This document shows, one piece after another, positions 15,001 through 30,000 of a stretch of 64,000 nucleotides of DNA. This stretch comes from Tubulanus polymorphus. Lineage: Eukaryota; Animalia; Nemertea. Each line of letters begins with the position of its first letter. Position 1 is the stretch's first letter. The stretch spans positions 17,181,653 through 17,245,652 of the forward strand of contig NC_134028.1 of NCBI RefSeq assembly GCF_964204645.1, given 5' to 3'. The notes beneath the pieces are model-generated. The model saw nothing but the letters and a program-made list of their open reading frames with translations. It ran no database searches and was not told where the DNA came from. Both the position numbers and the translations under genes were made by a program.

Positions 15001-18000
15001 TCACCATTTTGGTTTTGTCGCCCGCGACAATTCACCGTTTTGGTTTTGTCGCCCCCACAATTCTTTTTTTGGTTTTGTCGCCCACGACAATTCATTAGTT
15101 TGGTTTTGTCGCCGCGACAATTCATTATTTTAGTTTTATCGCCCGCGACAATTCATTATTTTGGTTTTGTCGCACCGACAATTCTTTTTTTGGTTTTGTC
15201 GCCCGCGACAATTCATTAATTTGGTTTTTTGTCGCCCGCGTTAATTCATTAGTCTGGTTTTGTCGCCCGCGACAATTCAATATTTTGGTTTTGTCGCCCG
15301 CGACAATTCAATATTTTGGTTTTATCGCCCGCGACAATTCATTACTTTAGTTTTATCTCCAGCGACAATTCATTATTTTGGTTTTGTCGCCCAGGACAAT
15401 TCTTCTTTTTGGTTTTGTCGCCCGCAACAATTCATTATTTTGGTTTTATATTTTGTTTTAGTCGCCCGCGACAATTTTTTTTTTGGTTTTGTCGCCCACG
15501 ACAATTCAATATTTTGGTTTTATCGCCCGCGATAATTCATTATTTTGGTTTTATCGCCCGCGACAATTCATTATTTTGGTTTTATCGCCCGCGACAATTC
15601 ATTATTTTGGTTTTGTCACCCGAGACAATTCATCATTTTGGTTTTATCGCCCGCGACAATTCATTATTTTGGTTTTGTCGCCCGCGACAATTCACCATTT
15701 TGGTTTTGTCGCCCACGACAATTCATTATTTTGGTTTTGTCGCCAGCGACAATTCATCATTTTGGTTTTGTCGCCCGCGACAATTCACCGTTTTGGTTTT
15801 GTCACCCGCGACAATTCATTATTTTGGTTTTATCGCCCGCGACAATTCATTATTTTGGTTTTGTCGCCCCGACAATTCTTTTTTTTGGTTTTGTCGCCCG
15901 CGACAATTCATTATTTTAGTTTTATCGCCCGCGACAATTCAATATTTTGGTTTTATCACCCGCGACAATTCATTATTTTAGTTTTATCGCCCGCGACAAT
16001 TCAATATTTTGGTTTTGTCGCCTGCGACAATTCAATATTTTGGTTTTATCGCCCGCGACAATTCATTACTTTAGTTTTATCTCCAGCGACAATTCATTAT
16101 TTTGGTTTTGTCGCCCGGGATAATTCTTCTTTTTGGTTTTGTCGCCCGCAACAATTCATTATTTTGGTTTTATATTTTGTTTAGTTGCCCGCGACAATTT
16201 TTTTTTGGTTTTGTCGCCCACGACAATTCATTATTTTTGTTTTGTCGCACGCGACAATAGCGACAATTCAAGATTTTGGTTTTATCGCCCGCAACAATTC
16301 ATTTTTTGGATTTGTCGCCCACGACAATTCAATATTTTGGTTTTATCGCCCGCGACAATTCATTATTTTGGTTTTATCGCCCGCGACAATTCATTATTTT
16401 GGTTTTGTCACCCGAGACAATTCATCATTTTGGTTTTATCGCCCGCGACAATTCATTATTTTGGTTTTGTCCCCCGCGACAATTCACCATTTTGGTTTTG
16501 TCGCCTGGACAATTCACCATTTTGGTTTTGTCGCCCGCGACGATTCATTATTTTGGTTTTGTCGCCCCCACAATTCTTTTTTTGGTTTTGTCGCCCGCGA
16601 CAATTCATTAGTTTGGTTTTGTCGCTTGCGACAATTCATTATTTTGGTTTTGTCGCCCGCGAAAATTCAATATTTTGGTTTTATCGCCCGCGACAATTCA
16701 TTATTTTGGTTTTATCGCCCGCGACAATTCATTATTTTGGTTTTGTCGCCCGCGACAATTCACCATTTTGGTTTTGTCACCCACGACAATTCAATATTTT
16801 GGTTTTATCGCCCGCGACAATTCATTATTTTGGTTTTGTCGCCCGCGACAATTCACCATTTTGGTTTTGTCACCCACGACAATTCATTATTTTGGTTTTA
16901 TCGCCGCGACAATTCATTATTTTAGTTTTATCGCCCGCGACAATTCATTATTTTGGTTTTGTCGCACCGACAATTCTTTTTTTGGTTTTGTCGCCCGCGA
17001 CAATTCATTAATTTGGTTTTGTCGCCCGCGTTAATTCATTAGTCTGGTTTTGTCGCCCGCGACAATTCAATATTTTGGTTTTATCGCCCGCGACAATTCA
17101 TTACTTTAGTTTTATCTCCAGCGACAATTCATTATTTTGGTTTTGTCGCCCGGGACAATTCTTCTTTTTGGTTTTGTCGCCCGCAACAATTCACCATTTT
17201 GGTTTTGTCGCCCACGACAATTCATTATTTTGGTTTTGTCGCCCGCGACAATTCACCATTTTGGTTTTGTCGCCCACGACAATTCATTATTTTGGTTTTG
17301 TCGCCAGCGATTATTCACCATTTTGGTTTTGTCGCCCGCGACAATTCACCGTTTTGGTTTTGTCGCCCCCACAATTCTTTTTTTGGTTTTGTCGCCCACG
17401 ACAATTCATTAGTTTGGTTTTGTCGCCGCGACAATTCATTATTTTAGTTTTATCGCCCGCGACAATTCATTATTTTGGTTTTGTCGCACCGACAATTCTT
17501 TTTTTGGTTTTGTCGCCCGCGACAATTCATTAATTTGGTTTTTTGTCGCCCGCGTTAATTCATTAGTCTGGTTTTGTCGCCCGCGACAATTCAATATTTT
17601 GGTTTTGTCGCCCGCGACAATTCAATATTTTGGTTTTATCGCCCGCGACAATTCATTACTTTAGTTTTATCTCCAGCGACAATTCATTATTTTGGTTTTG
17701 TCGCCCAGGACAATTCTTCTTTTTGGTTTTGTCGCCCGCAACAATTCATTATTTTGGTTTTATATTTTGTTTTAGTCGCCCGCGACAATTTTTTTTTTGG
17801 TTTTGTCGCCCACGACAATTCAATATTTTGGTTTTATCGCCCGCGACAATTCATTATTTTGGTTTTATCGCCCGCGACAATTCATTATTTTGGTTTTGTC
17901 GCCCGCGACAATTCACCATTTTGGTTTTGTCGCCCACGACAATTCATTATTTTGGTTTTGTCGCCAGCGACAATTCATCATTTTGGTTTTGTCGCCCGCG

Positions 18001-21000
18001 ACAATTCACCGTTTTGGTTTTGTCACCCGCGACAATTCATTATTTTGGTTTTATCGCCCGCGACAATTCATTATTTTGGTTTTGTCGCCCCGACAATTCT
18101 TTTTTTTGGTTTTGTCGCCCGCGACAATTCATTATTTTGGTTTTGTCGCCCCGACAATTCAATATTTTGGTTTTATCACCCGCGACAATTCATTATTTTA
18201 GTTTTATCGCCCGCGACAATTCAATATTTTGGTTTTGTCGCCTGCGACAATTCAATATTTTGGTTTTATCGCCCGCGACAATTCATTACTTTAGTTTTAT
18301 CTCCAGCGACAATTCATTATTTTGGTTTTGTCGCCCGGGATAATTCTTCTTTTTGGTTTTGTCGCCCGCAACAATTCATTATTTTGGTTTTATATTTTGT
18401 TTAGTTGCCCGCGACAATTTTTTTTTGGTTTTGTCGCCCACGACAATTCATTATTTTTGTTTTGTCGCACGCGACAATAGCGACAATTCAAGATTTTGGT
18501 TTTATCGCCCGCAACAATTCATTTTTTGGATTTGTCGCCCACGACAATTCAATATTTTGGTTTTATCGCCCGCGACAATTCATTATTTTGGTTTTATCGC
18601 CCGCGACAATTCATTATTTTGGTTTTGTCACCCGAGACAATTCATCATTTTGGTTTTATCGCCCGCGACAATTCATTATTTTGGTTTTGTCCCCCGCGAC
18701 AATTCACCATTTTGGTTTTGTCGCCTGGACAATTCACCATTTTGGTTTTGTCGCCCGCGACGATTCATTATTTTGGTTTTGTCGCCCCCACAATTCTTTT
18801 TTTGGTTTTGTCGCCCGCGACAATTCATTAGTTTGGTTTTGTCGCTTGCGACAATTCATTATTTTGGTTTTGTCGCCCGCGAAAATTCAATATTTTGGTT
18901 TTATCGCCCACGACAATTCACTACTTTGGTTTTATCGCCAGCGACAATTCATTATTTTGGTTTTGTCGACTGCGACAATTCATTATTTTGGTTTTATCGC
19001 CCGCGACAATTCATTTTTTGGATTTGTCGCCCACGACAATTCAATATTTTGGTTTTATGGCCTGCGACAATTCATTATTTTATCAATTCATTTTTTGGAT
19101 TTGTCGCCCATGACAATTCAATATTTTGGTTTTATCGCCCGCGACAATTCATTATTTTGGTTTTATCGCCCGCGACAATTCATTATTTTGGTTTTGTCGC
19201 ACACGACAATGGCGACAATTCAAGATTTTGGTTTTATCGCCCACGACAATTCAATATTTTGGTTTTATCGCCCGCGACAATTCATTATTTTGGTTTTATC
19301 GCCCGCGACAATTTTTTTCTCTTTTTGTCGCGGTTTTATCGCCTGCGACACTTCAATATTTTGGTTTTATCGCCCGCAACAATTCATTATTTTGGTTTTG
19401 TATTTTGTTTTTGTCGCCCGCGACAATTTTTTTTAATGGTTTTGTCGCCCGCGACAATTCAATATTTTGGTTTTATCGCCCGCGACAATTCATTATTTTG
19501 GTTTTATCGCCCGCGACAATTCATTATTTTGGTTTTGTCGCACACGACAATGGCGACAATTCAAGATTTTGGTTTTATCGCCCACGACAATTCAATATTT
19601 TGGTTTTATCGCCCGCGACAATTCATTATTTTGGTTTTATCGCCCGCGACAATTTTTTTCTCTTTTTGTCGCGGTTTTATCGCCTGCGACACTTCAATAT
19701 GTTGGTTTTATCGCCCGCAACAATTCATTATTTTGGTTTTGTATTTTGTTTTTGTCGCCCGCGACAATTTTTTTTAATGGTTTTATCGCCCGCGACAATT
19801 CATTATTTTGGTTTTGTCGCCCGCGACAATTCACCATTTTGGTTTTGTCACCCACGACAATTCATTATTTTGGTTTTGTCGCCGCGACAATTCATTATTT
19901 TAGTTTTATCGCCCGCGACAATTCATTATTTTGGTTTTGTCGCACCGACAATTCTTTTTTTGGTTTTGTCGCCCGCGACAATTCATTAATTTGGTTTTGT
20001 CGCCCGCGTTAATTCATTAGTCTGGTTTTGTCGCCCGCGACAATTCAATATTTTGGTTTTATCGCCCGCGACAATTCATTACTTTAGTTTTATCTCCAGC
20101 GACAATTCATTATTTTGGTTTTGTCGCCCGGGACAATTCTTCTTTTTGGTTTTGTCGCCCGCAACAATTCATTATTTTGGTTTTATATTTTGTTTTAGTT
20201 GCCCGCGACAATTTTTTTTTTGGTTTTGTCGCCCACGACAATTCAATATTTTGGTTTTATCGCCCGCGATAATTCATTATTTTGGTTTTATCGCCCGCGA
20301 CAATTCATTATTTTGGTTTTATCGCCCGCGACAATTCATTATTTTGGTTTTGTCACCCGAGACAATTCATCATTTTGGTTTTATCGCCCGCGAAAATTCA
20401 TTATTTTGGTTTTGTCGCCCGCGACAATTCACCATTTTGGTTTTGTCGCCCACGACAATTCATAATTTTGGTTTTGTCGCCAGCGACAATTCACCATTTT
20501 GGTTTTGTCGCCCGCGACAATTCACCGTTTTGGTTTTGTCACCCGCGACAATTCATTATTTTGGTTTTATCGCCCGCGACAATTCATTATTTTGGTTTTG
20601 TCGCCCCGACAATTCTTTTTTTTTGGTTTTGTCGCCCGCGACAATTCATTATTTTAGTTTTATCGCCCGCGACAATTCAATATTTTGGTTTTGTCGCCTG
20701 CGACAATTCAATATTTTGGTTTTATCGCCCGCGACAATTCATTACTTTAGTTTTATCTCCAGCGACAATTCATTATTTTTGTTTTGTCGCCCGGGATAAT
20801 TCTTCTTTTTGGTTTTGTCGCCCGCAACAATTCATTATTTTGGTTTTATATTTTGTTTAGTTGCCCGCGACAATTTTTTTTTGGTTTTGTCGCCCACGAC
20901 AATTCAATATTTTGGTTTTATCGCCCGCGATAATTCATTATTTTGGTTTTGTCGCCTGCGACAATTCAATATTTTGGTTTTATCGCCCGCGACAATTCAT

Positions 21001-24000
21001 TACTTTAGTTTTATCTCCAGCGACAATTCATTATTTTGGTTTTGTCGCCCGCAACAATTCATTATTTTGGTTTTATATTTTGTTTAGTTGCCCGCGACAA
21101 TTCAATATTTTGGTTTTGTCGCCTGCGACAATTCAATATTTTGGTTTTATCGCCCGCGACAATTCATTACTTTAGTTTTATCTCCAGCGACAATTCATTA
21201 TTTTGGTTTTGTCGCCCGGGATAATTCTTCTTTTTGGTTTTGTCGCCCGCAACAATTCATTATTTTGGTTTTATATTTTGTTTAGTTGCCCGCGACAATT
21301 TTTTTTTGGTTTTGTCGCCCACGACAATTCAATATTTTGGTTTTATCGCCCGCGATAATTCATTATTTTGGTTTTATCGCCCGCGACAATTCATTATTTT
21401 GGTTTTATCGCCCGCGACAATAGCGACAATTCAAGATTTTGGTTTTATCGCCCACGACAATTCAATATTTTGGTTTTATCGCCCGCGATAATTCATTATT
21501 TTGGTTTTATCGCCCGCGACAATTCATTATTTTGGTTTTATCGCCCGCGACAATTCATTATTTTGGTTTTGTCGCACGTGACAATAGCGACAATTCAAGA
21601 TTTTGGTTTTATTGCCCGCGACAATTCATTTTTTGGATTTGTCGCCCACGACAATTCAATATTTTGGTTTTATCGCCCGCGACAATTCATTATTTTGGTT
21701 TTATCGCCCGCGACAATTCATTATTTTGGTTTTGTCGCCCCGACAATTCAATATTTTGGTTTTATCGCCCGCGACAATTCATTATTTTGGTTTTGTCGCC
21801 GCGACAATTCATTATTTTAGTTTTATCGCCCGCGACAATTCATTATTTTGGTTTTGTCGCACCGACAATTCTTTTTTTGGTTTTGTCGCCCGCGACAATT
21901 CATTAATTTGGTTTTGTCGCCCGCGTTAATTCATTAGTCTGGTTTTGTCGCCCGCGACAATTCAATATTTTGGTTTTATCGCCCGCGACAATTCATTACT
22001 TTAGTTTTATCTCCAGCGACAATTCATTATTTTGGTTTTGTCGCCCGGGACAATTCTTCTTTTTGGTTTTGTCGCCCGCAACAATTCATTATTTTGGTTT
22101 TATATTTTGTTTTAGTTGCCCGCGACAATTTTTTTTTTGGTTTTGTCGCCCACGACAATTCAATATTTTGGTTTTATCGCCCGCGATAATTCATTATTTT
22201 GGTTTTATCGCCCGCGACAATTCATTATTTTGGTTTTATCGCCCGCGACAATTCATTATTTTGGTTTTGTCACCCGAGACAATTCATCATTTTGGTTTTA
22301 TCGCCCGCGAAAATTCATTATTTTGGTTTTGTCGCCCGCGACAATTCACCATTTTGGTTTTGTCGCCCACGACAATTCATAATTTTGGTTTTGTCGCCAG
22401 CGACAATTCACCATTTTGGTTTTGTCGCCCGCGACAATTCACCGTTTTGGTTTTGTCACCCGCGACAATTCATTATTTTGGTTTTATCGCCCGCGACAAT
22501 TCATTATTTTGGTTTTGTCGCCCCGACAATTCTTTTTTTTTGGTTTTGTCGCCCGCGACAATTCATTATTTTAGTTTTATCGCCCGCGACAATTCAATAT
22601 TTTGGTTTTGTCGCCTGCGACAATTCAATATTTTGGTTTTATCGCCCGCGACAATTCATTACTTTAGTTTTATCTCCAGCGACAATTCATTATTTTTGTT
22701 TTGTCGCCCGGGATAATTCTTCTTTTTGGTTTTGTCGCCCGCAACAATTCATTATTTTGGTTTTATATTTTGTTTAGTTGCCCGCGACAATTTTTTTTTG
22801 GTTTTGTCGCCCACGACAATTCAATATTTTGGTTTTATCGCCCGCGATAATTCATTATTTTGGTTTTGTCGCCTGCGACAATTCAATATTTTGGTTTTAT
22901 CGCCCGCGACAATTCATTACTTTAGTTTTATCTCCAGCGACAATTCATTATTTTGGTTTTGTCGCCCGCAACAATTCATTATTTTGGTTTTATATTTTGT
23001 TTAGTTGCCCGCGACAATTCAATATTTTGGTTTTGTCGCCTGCGACAATTCAATATTTTGGTTTTATCGCCCGCGACAATTCATTACTTTAGTTTTATCT
23101 CCAGCGACAATTCATTATTTTGGTTTTGTCGCCCGGGATAATTCTTCTTTTTGGTTTTGTCGCCCGCAACAATTCATTATTTTGGTTTTATATTTTGTTT
23201 AGTTGCCCGCGACAATTTTTTTTTGGTTTTGTCGCCCACGACAATTCAATATTTTGGTTTTATCGCCCGCGATAATTCATTATTTTGGTTTTATCGCCCG
23301 CGACAATTCATTATTTTGGTTTTATCGCCCGCGACAATAGCGACAATTCAAGATTTTGGTTTTATCGCCCACGACAATTCAATATTTTGGTTTTATCGCC
23401 CGCGATAATTCATTATTTTGGTTTTATCGCCCGCGACAATTCATTATTTTGGTTTTATCGCCCGCGACAATTCATTATTTTGGTTTTGTCGCACGTGACA
23501 ATAGCGACAATTCAAGATTTTGGTTTTATTGCCCGCGACAATTCATTTTTTGGATTTGTCGCCCACGACAATTCAATATTTTGGTTTTATCGCCCGCGAC
23601 AATTCATTATTTTGGTTTTATCGCCCGCGACAATTCATTATTTTGGTTTTGTCGCCCCGACAATTCAATATTTTGGTTTTATCGCCCGCGACAATTCATT
23701 ATTTTGGTTTTATCGCCCGCGACAATTCAATATTTTGGTTTTATCGCCCGCGACAATTCATTACTTTAGTTTTATCTCCAGCGACAATTCATTATTTTGG
23801 TTTTGTCGCCAGGGACAATTCTTCTTTTTGGTTTTGTCGCCCGCAACAATTCATTATTTTGGTTTTATATTTTGTTTTAGTTGCCCGCGACAATTTTTTT
23901 TTGGGTTTTGTCGCCCACAACAATTCAATATTTTGGTTTTATCGCCCGCGATAATTCATTATTTTGGTTTTATCGCCCGCGACAATTCATTATTTTGGTT

Positions 24001-27000
24001 TTATCGCCCGCGACAATTCATTATTTTGGTTTTGTCACCCGAGACAATTCATCATTTTGGTTTTATCGCCCGCGACAATTCATTATTTTGGTTTTGTCGC
24101 CCGCGACAATTCACCATTTTGGTTTTGTCGCCCACGACAATTCATAATTTTGGTTTTGTCGCCAGCGACAATTCACCATTTTGGTTTTGTCGCCCGCGAC
24201 AATTCACCGTTTTGGTTTTGTCACCCGCGACAATTCATTATTTTGGTTTTATCGCCCGCGACAATTCATTATTTTGGTTTTGTCGCCCCCACAATTCTTT
24301 TTTTGGTTTTGTCGCCTGCGACAATTCACCGTTTTGGTTTTGTCACCCGCGACAATTCATTATTTTGGTTTTATCGCCCGCGACAATTCATTATTTTGGT
24401 TTTGTCGCCCCGACAATTCTTTTTTTTGGTTTTGTCGCCCGCGACAATTCATTATTTTAGTTTTATCGCCCGCGACAATTCAATATTTTGGTTTTATCAC
24501 CCGCGACAATTCATTATTTTAGTTTTATCGCCCGCGACAATTCAATATTTTGGTTTTATCACCCGCGACAATTCATTATTTTAGTTTTATCGCCCGCGAC
24601 AATTCAATATTTTGGTTTTGTCGCCCGCGACAATTCAATATTTTGGTTTTATCGCCCGGGATAATTCTTCTTTTTGGTTTTGTCGCCCGCAACAATTCAT
24701 TATTTTGGTTTTATATTTTGTTTAGTTGCCCGCGACAATTTTTTTTTGGTTTTGTCGCCCACGACAATTCATTATTTTTGTTTTGTCGCACGCGACAATA
24801 GCGACAATTCATTACTTTAGTTTTATCTCCAGCGACAATTCATTATTTTGGTTTTGTCGCCCGGGATAATTCTTCTTTTTGGTTTTGTCGCCCGCAACAA
24901 TTCATTATTTTGGTTTTATATTTTGTTTAGTTGCCCGCGACAATTTTTTTTTGGTTTTGTCGCCCACGACAATTCATTATTTTTGTTTTGTCGCACGCGA
25001 CAATAGCGACAATTCAAGATTTTGGTTTTATCGCCCGCGACAATTCATTTTTTGGATCTGTCGCCCACGACAATTCAATATTTTGGTTTTATCGCCCGCG
25101 ACAATTCATTATTTTGGTTTTATCGCCCGCGACAATTCATTAATTTGGTTTTGTCACCCGCGACAAAACAATATTTTGATTTTGTCGCTCACGACAATTC
25201 AATATTTTGGTTTTGTCACCCGCGACAATTCATTATTTTGGTTTTATCGCCCGCGACAATTCATTACTTTAGTTTTATCTCCAGCGACAATTCATTATTT
25301 TTGTTTTGTCGCCCGGGATAATTCTTCTTTTTGGTTTTGTCGCCCGCAACAATTCATTATTTTGGTTTTATATTTTGTTTAGTTGCCCGCGACAATTTTT
25401 TTTTGGTTTTGTCGCCCACGACAATTCATTATTTTTGTTTTGTCGCACGCGACAATAGCGACAATTCAAGATTTTGGTTTTATCGCCCGCGACAATTCAT
25501 TTTTTGGATTTGTCGCCCACGACAATTCAATATTTTGGTTTTATCGCCCGCGACAATTCATTATTTTGGTTTTATCGCCCGCGACAATTCATTATTTTGG
25601 TTTTGTCACCCGAGACAATTCATCATTTTGGTTTTATCGCCCGCGACAATTCATTATTTTGGTTTTGTCCCCCGCGACAATTCACCATTTTGGTTTTGTC
25701 GCCTGGACAATTCACCATTTTGGTTTTGTCGCCCGCGACGATTCATTATTTTGGTTTTGTCGCCCCCACAATTCTTTTTTTGGTTTTGTCGCCCGCGACA
25801 ATTCACCGTTTTGGTTTTGTCACCCGCGACAATTCATTATTTTGGTTTTATCGCCCGCGACAATTCATTATTTTGGTTTTGTCGCCCCGACAATTCTTTT
25901 TTTTTGGTTTTGTCGCCCGCGACAATTCATTATTTTAGTTTTATCGCCCGCGACAATTCAATATTTTGGTTTTATCACCCGCGACAATTCATTATTTTAG
26001 TTTTATCGCCCGCGACAATTCAATATTTTGGTTTTGTCGCCCGCGACAATTCAATATTTTGGTTTTATCGCCCGGGATAATTCTTCTTTTTGGTTTTGTC
26101 GCCCGCAACAATTCATTATTTTGGTTTTATATTTTGTTTAGTTGCCCGCGACAATTTTTTTTTGGTTTTGTCGCCCACGACAATTCATTATTTTTGTTTT
26201 GTCGCACGCGACAATAGCGACAATTCATTACTTTAGTTTTATCTCCAGCGACAATTCATTATTTTGGTTTTGTCGCCCGGGATAATTCTTCTTTTTGGTT
26301 TTGTCGCCCGCAACAATTCATTATTTTGGTTTTATATTTTGTTTAGTTGCCCGCGACAATTTTTTTTTGGTTTTGTCGCCCACGACAATTCATTATTTTT
26401 GTTTTGTCGCACGCGACAATAGCGACAATTCAAGATTTTGGTTTTATCGCCCGCGACAATTCATTTTTTGGATCTGTCGCCCACGACAATTCAATATTTT
26501 GGTTTTATCGCCCGCGACAATTCATTATTTTGGTTTTATCGCCCGCGACAATTCATTAATTTGGTTTTGTCACCCGCGACAAAACAATATTTTGATTTTG
26601 TCGCCCACGACAATTCAATATTTTGGTTTTGTCACCCGCGACAATTCATTATTTTGGTTTTATCGCCCGCGACAATTCATTACTTTAGTTTTATCTCCAG
26701 CGACAATTCATTATTTTTGTTTTGTCGCCCGGGATAATTCTTCTTTTTGGTTTTGTCGCCCGCAACAATTCATTATTTTGGTTTTATATTTTGTTTAGTT
26801 GCCCGCGACAATTTTTTTTTGGTTTTGTCGCCCACGACAATTCAATATTTTGGTTTTATCGCCCGCGATAATTCATTATTTTGGTTTTGTCGCCTGCGAC
26901 AATTCAATATTTTGGTTTTATCGCCCGCGACAATTCATTACTTTAGTTTTATCTCCAGCGACAATTCATTATTTTGGTTTTGTCGCCCGGGATAATTCTT

Positions 27001-30000
27001 CTTTTTGGTTTTGTCGCCCGCAACAATTCATTATTTTGGTTTTATATTTTGTTTAGTTGCCCGCGACAATTCAATATTTTGGTTTTGTCGCCTGCGACAA
27101 TTCAATATTTTGGTTTTATCGCCCGCGACAATTCATTACTTTAGTTTTATCTCCAGCGACAATTCATTATTTTGGTTTTGTCGCCCGGGATAATTCTTCT
27201 TTTTGGTTTTGTCGCCCGCAACAATTCATTATTTTGGTTTTATATTTTGTTTAGTTGCCCGCGACAATTTTTTTTTGGTTTTGTCGCCCACGACAATTCA
27301 ATATTTTGGTTTTATCGCCCGCGATAATTCATTATTTTGGTTTTATCGCCCGCGACAATTCATTATTTTGGTTTTATCGCCCGCGACAATAGCGACAATT
27401 CAAGATTTTGGTTTTATCGCCCACGACAATTCAATATTTTGGTTTTATCGCCCGCGATAATTCATTATTTTGGTTTTATCGCCCGCGACAATTCATTATT
27501 TTGGTTTTATCGCCCGCGACAATTCATTATTTTGGTTTTGTCGCACGTGACAATAGCGACAATTCAAGATTTTGGTTTTATTGCCCGCGACAATTCATTT
27601 TTTGGATTTGTCGCCCACGACAATTCAATATTTTGGTTTTATCGCCCGCGACAATTCATTATTTTGGTTTTATCGCCCGCGACAATTCATTATTTTGGTT
27701 TTGTCGCCCCGACAATTCTTTTTTTCGGTTTTGTCGCCGGCGACAATTCATTAGTCTGGTTTTGTCGCCCGCGACAATTCATTATTTCGGTTTTATCGCC
27801 CGCGACAATTCATTATTTCGGTTTTATCGCCCGCGACAATTCATTAATTTGGTTTTGTCACCCGCGACAATTCAATATTTTGGTTTTATCGCCCGCGACA
27901 ATTCATTATTTTGGTTTTATCGCCCGCGACAATTCAATATTTTGGTTTTATCGCCCGCGACAATTCATTACTTTAGTTTTATCTCCAGCGACAATTCATT
28001 ATTTTGGTTTTGTCGCCCGGGACAATTCTTCTTTTTGGTTTTGTCGCCCGCAACAATTCATTATTTTGGTTTTATATTTTGTTTTAGTTGCCCGCGACAA
28101 TTTTTTTTTTGGTTTTGTCGCCCACGACAATTCAATATTTTGGTTTTATCGCCCGCGATAATTCATTATTTTGGTTTTATCGCCCGCGACAATTCATTAT
28201 TTTGGTTTTATCGCCCGCGACAATTCATTATTTTGGTTTTGTCACCCGAGACAATTCATCATTTTGGTTTTATCGCCCGCGACAATTCATTATTTTGGTT
28301 TTGTCGCCCGCGACAATTCACCATTTTGGTTTTGTCGCCCACGACAATTCATTATTTTGGTTTTGTCGCCCGGGATAATTCTTCTTTTTGGTTTTGTCGC
28401 CCGCAACAATTCATTATTTTGGTTTTATATTTTGTTTAGTTGCCCGCGACAATTTTTTTTTGGTTTTGTCGCCCACGACAATTCATTATTTTAGTTTTAT
28501 CGCCCGCGACAATTCAATATTTTGGTTTTATCACCCGCGACAATTCATTATTTTAGTTTTATCGCCCGCGACAATTCAATATTTTGGTTTTGTCGCCTGC
28601 GACAATTCAATATTTTGGTTTTGTCGCCCGGGACAATTCTTCTTTTTGGTTTTGTCGCCCGCAACAATTCATTATTTTGGTTTTATATTTTGTTTTAGTT
28701 GCCCGCGACAATTTTTTTTTTGGTTTTGTCACCCGCGACAATTCATTATTTTGGTTTTATCGCCCGCGACAATTCATTATTTTGGTTTTGTCGCCCCGAC
28801 AATTCTTTTTTTTGGTTTTGTCGCCCGCGACAATTCATTATTTTAGTTTTATCGCCCGCGACAATTCAATATTTTGGTTTTATCACCCGCGACAATTCAT
28901 TACTTTAGTTTTATCTCCAGCGACAATTCATTATTTTGGTTTTGTCGCCCGGGATAATTCTTCTTTTTGGTTTTGTCGCCCGCGACAATTCATTATTTTA
29001 GTTTTATCGCCCGCGACAATTCAATATTTTGGTTTTATCACCCGCGACAATTCATTACTTTAGTTTTATCTCCAGCGACAATTCAATATTTTGGTTTTGT
29101 CACCCGCGACAATTCATTATTTTGGTTTTATCGCCCGCGACAATTCATTATTTTGGTTTTGTCGCCCCGACAATTCTTTTTTTTGGTTTTGTCGCCCGCG
29201 ACAATTCATTATTTTAGTTTTATCGCCCGCGACAATTCAATATTTTGGTTTTGTCGCCTGCGACAATTCAATATTTTGGTTTTATCGCCCGCGACAATTC
29301 ATTACTTTAGTTTTATCTCCAGCGACAATTCATTATTTTTGTTTTGTCGCCCGGGATAATTCTTCTTTTTGGTTTTGTCGCCCGCAACAATTCATTATTT
29401 TGGTTTTATATTTTGTTTAGTTGCCCGCGACAATTTTTTTTTGGTTTTGTCGCCCACGACAATTCAATATTTTGGTTTTATCGCCCGCGATAATTCATTA
29501 TTTTGGTTTTGTCGCCTGCGACAATTCAATATTTTGGTTTTATCGCCCGCGACAATTCATTACTTTAGTTTTATCTCCAGCGACAATTCATTATTTTGGT
29601 TTTGTCGCCCGGGATAATTCTTCTTTTTGGTTTTGTCGCCCGCAACAATTCATTATTTTGGTTTTATATTTTGTTTAGTTGCCCGCGACAATTCAATATT
29701 TTGGTTTTGTCGCCTGCGACAATTCAATATTTTGGTTTTATCGCCCGCGACAATTCATTACTTTAGTTTTATCTCCAGCGACAATTCATTATTTTGGTTT
29801 TGTCGCCCGGGATAATTCTTCTTTTTGGTTTTGTCGCCCGCAACAATTCATTATTTTGGTTTTATATTTTGTTTAGTTGCCCGCGACAATTTTTTTTTGG
29901 TTTTGTCGCCCACGACAATTCAATATTTTGGTTTTATCGCCCGCGATAATTCATTATTTTGGTTTTATCGCCCGCGACAATTCATTATTTTGGTTTTATC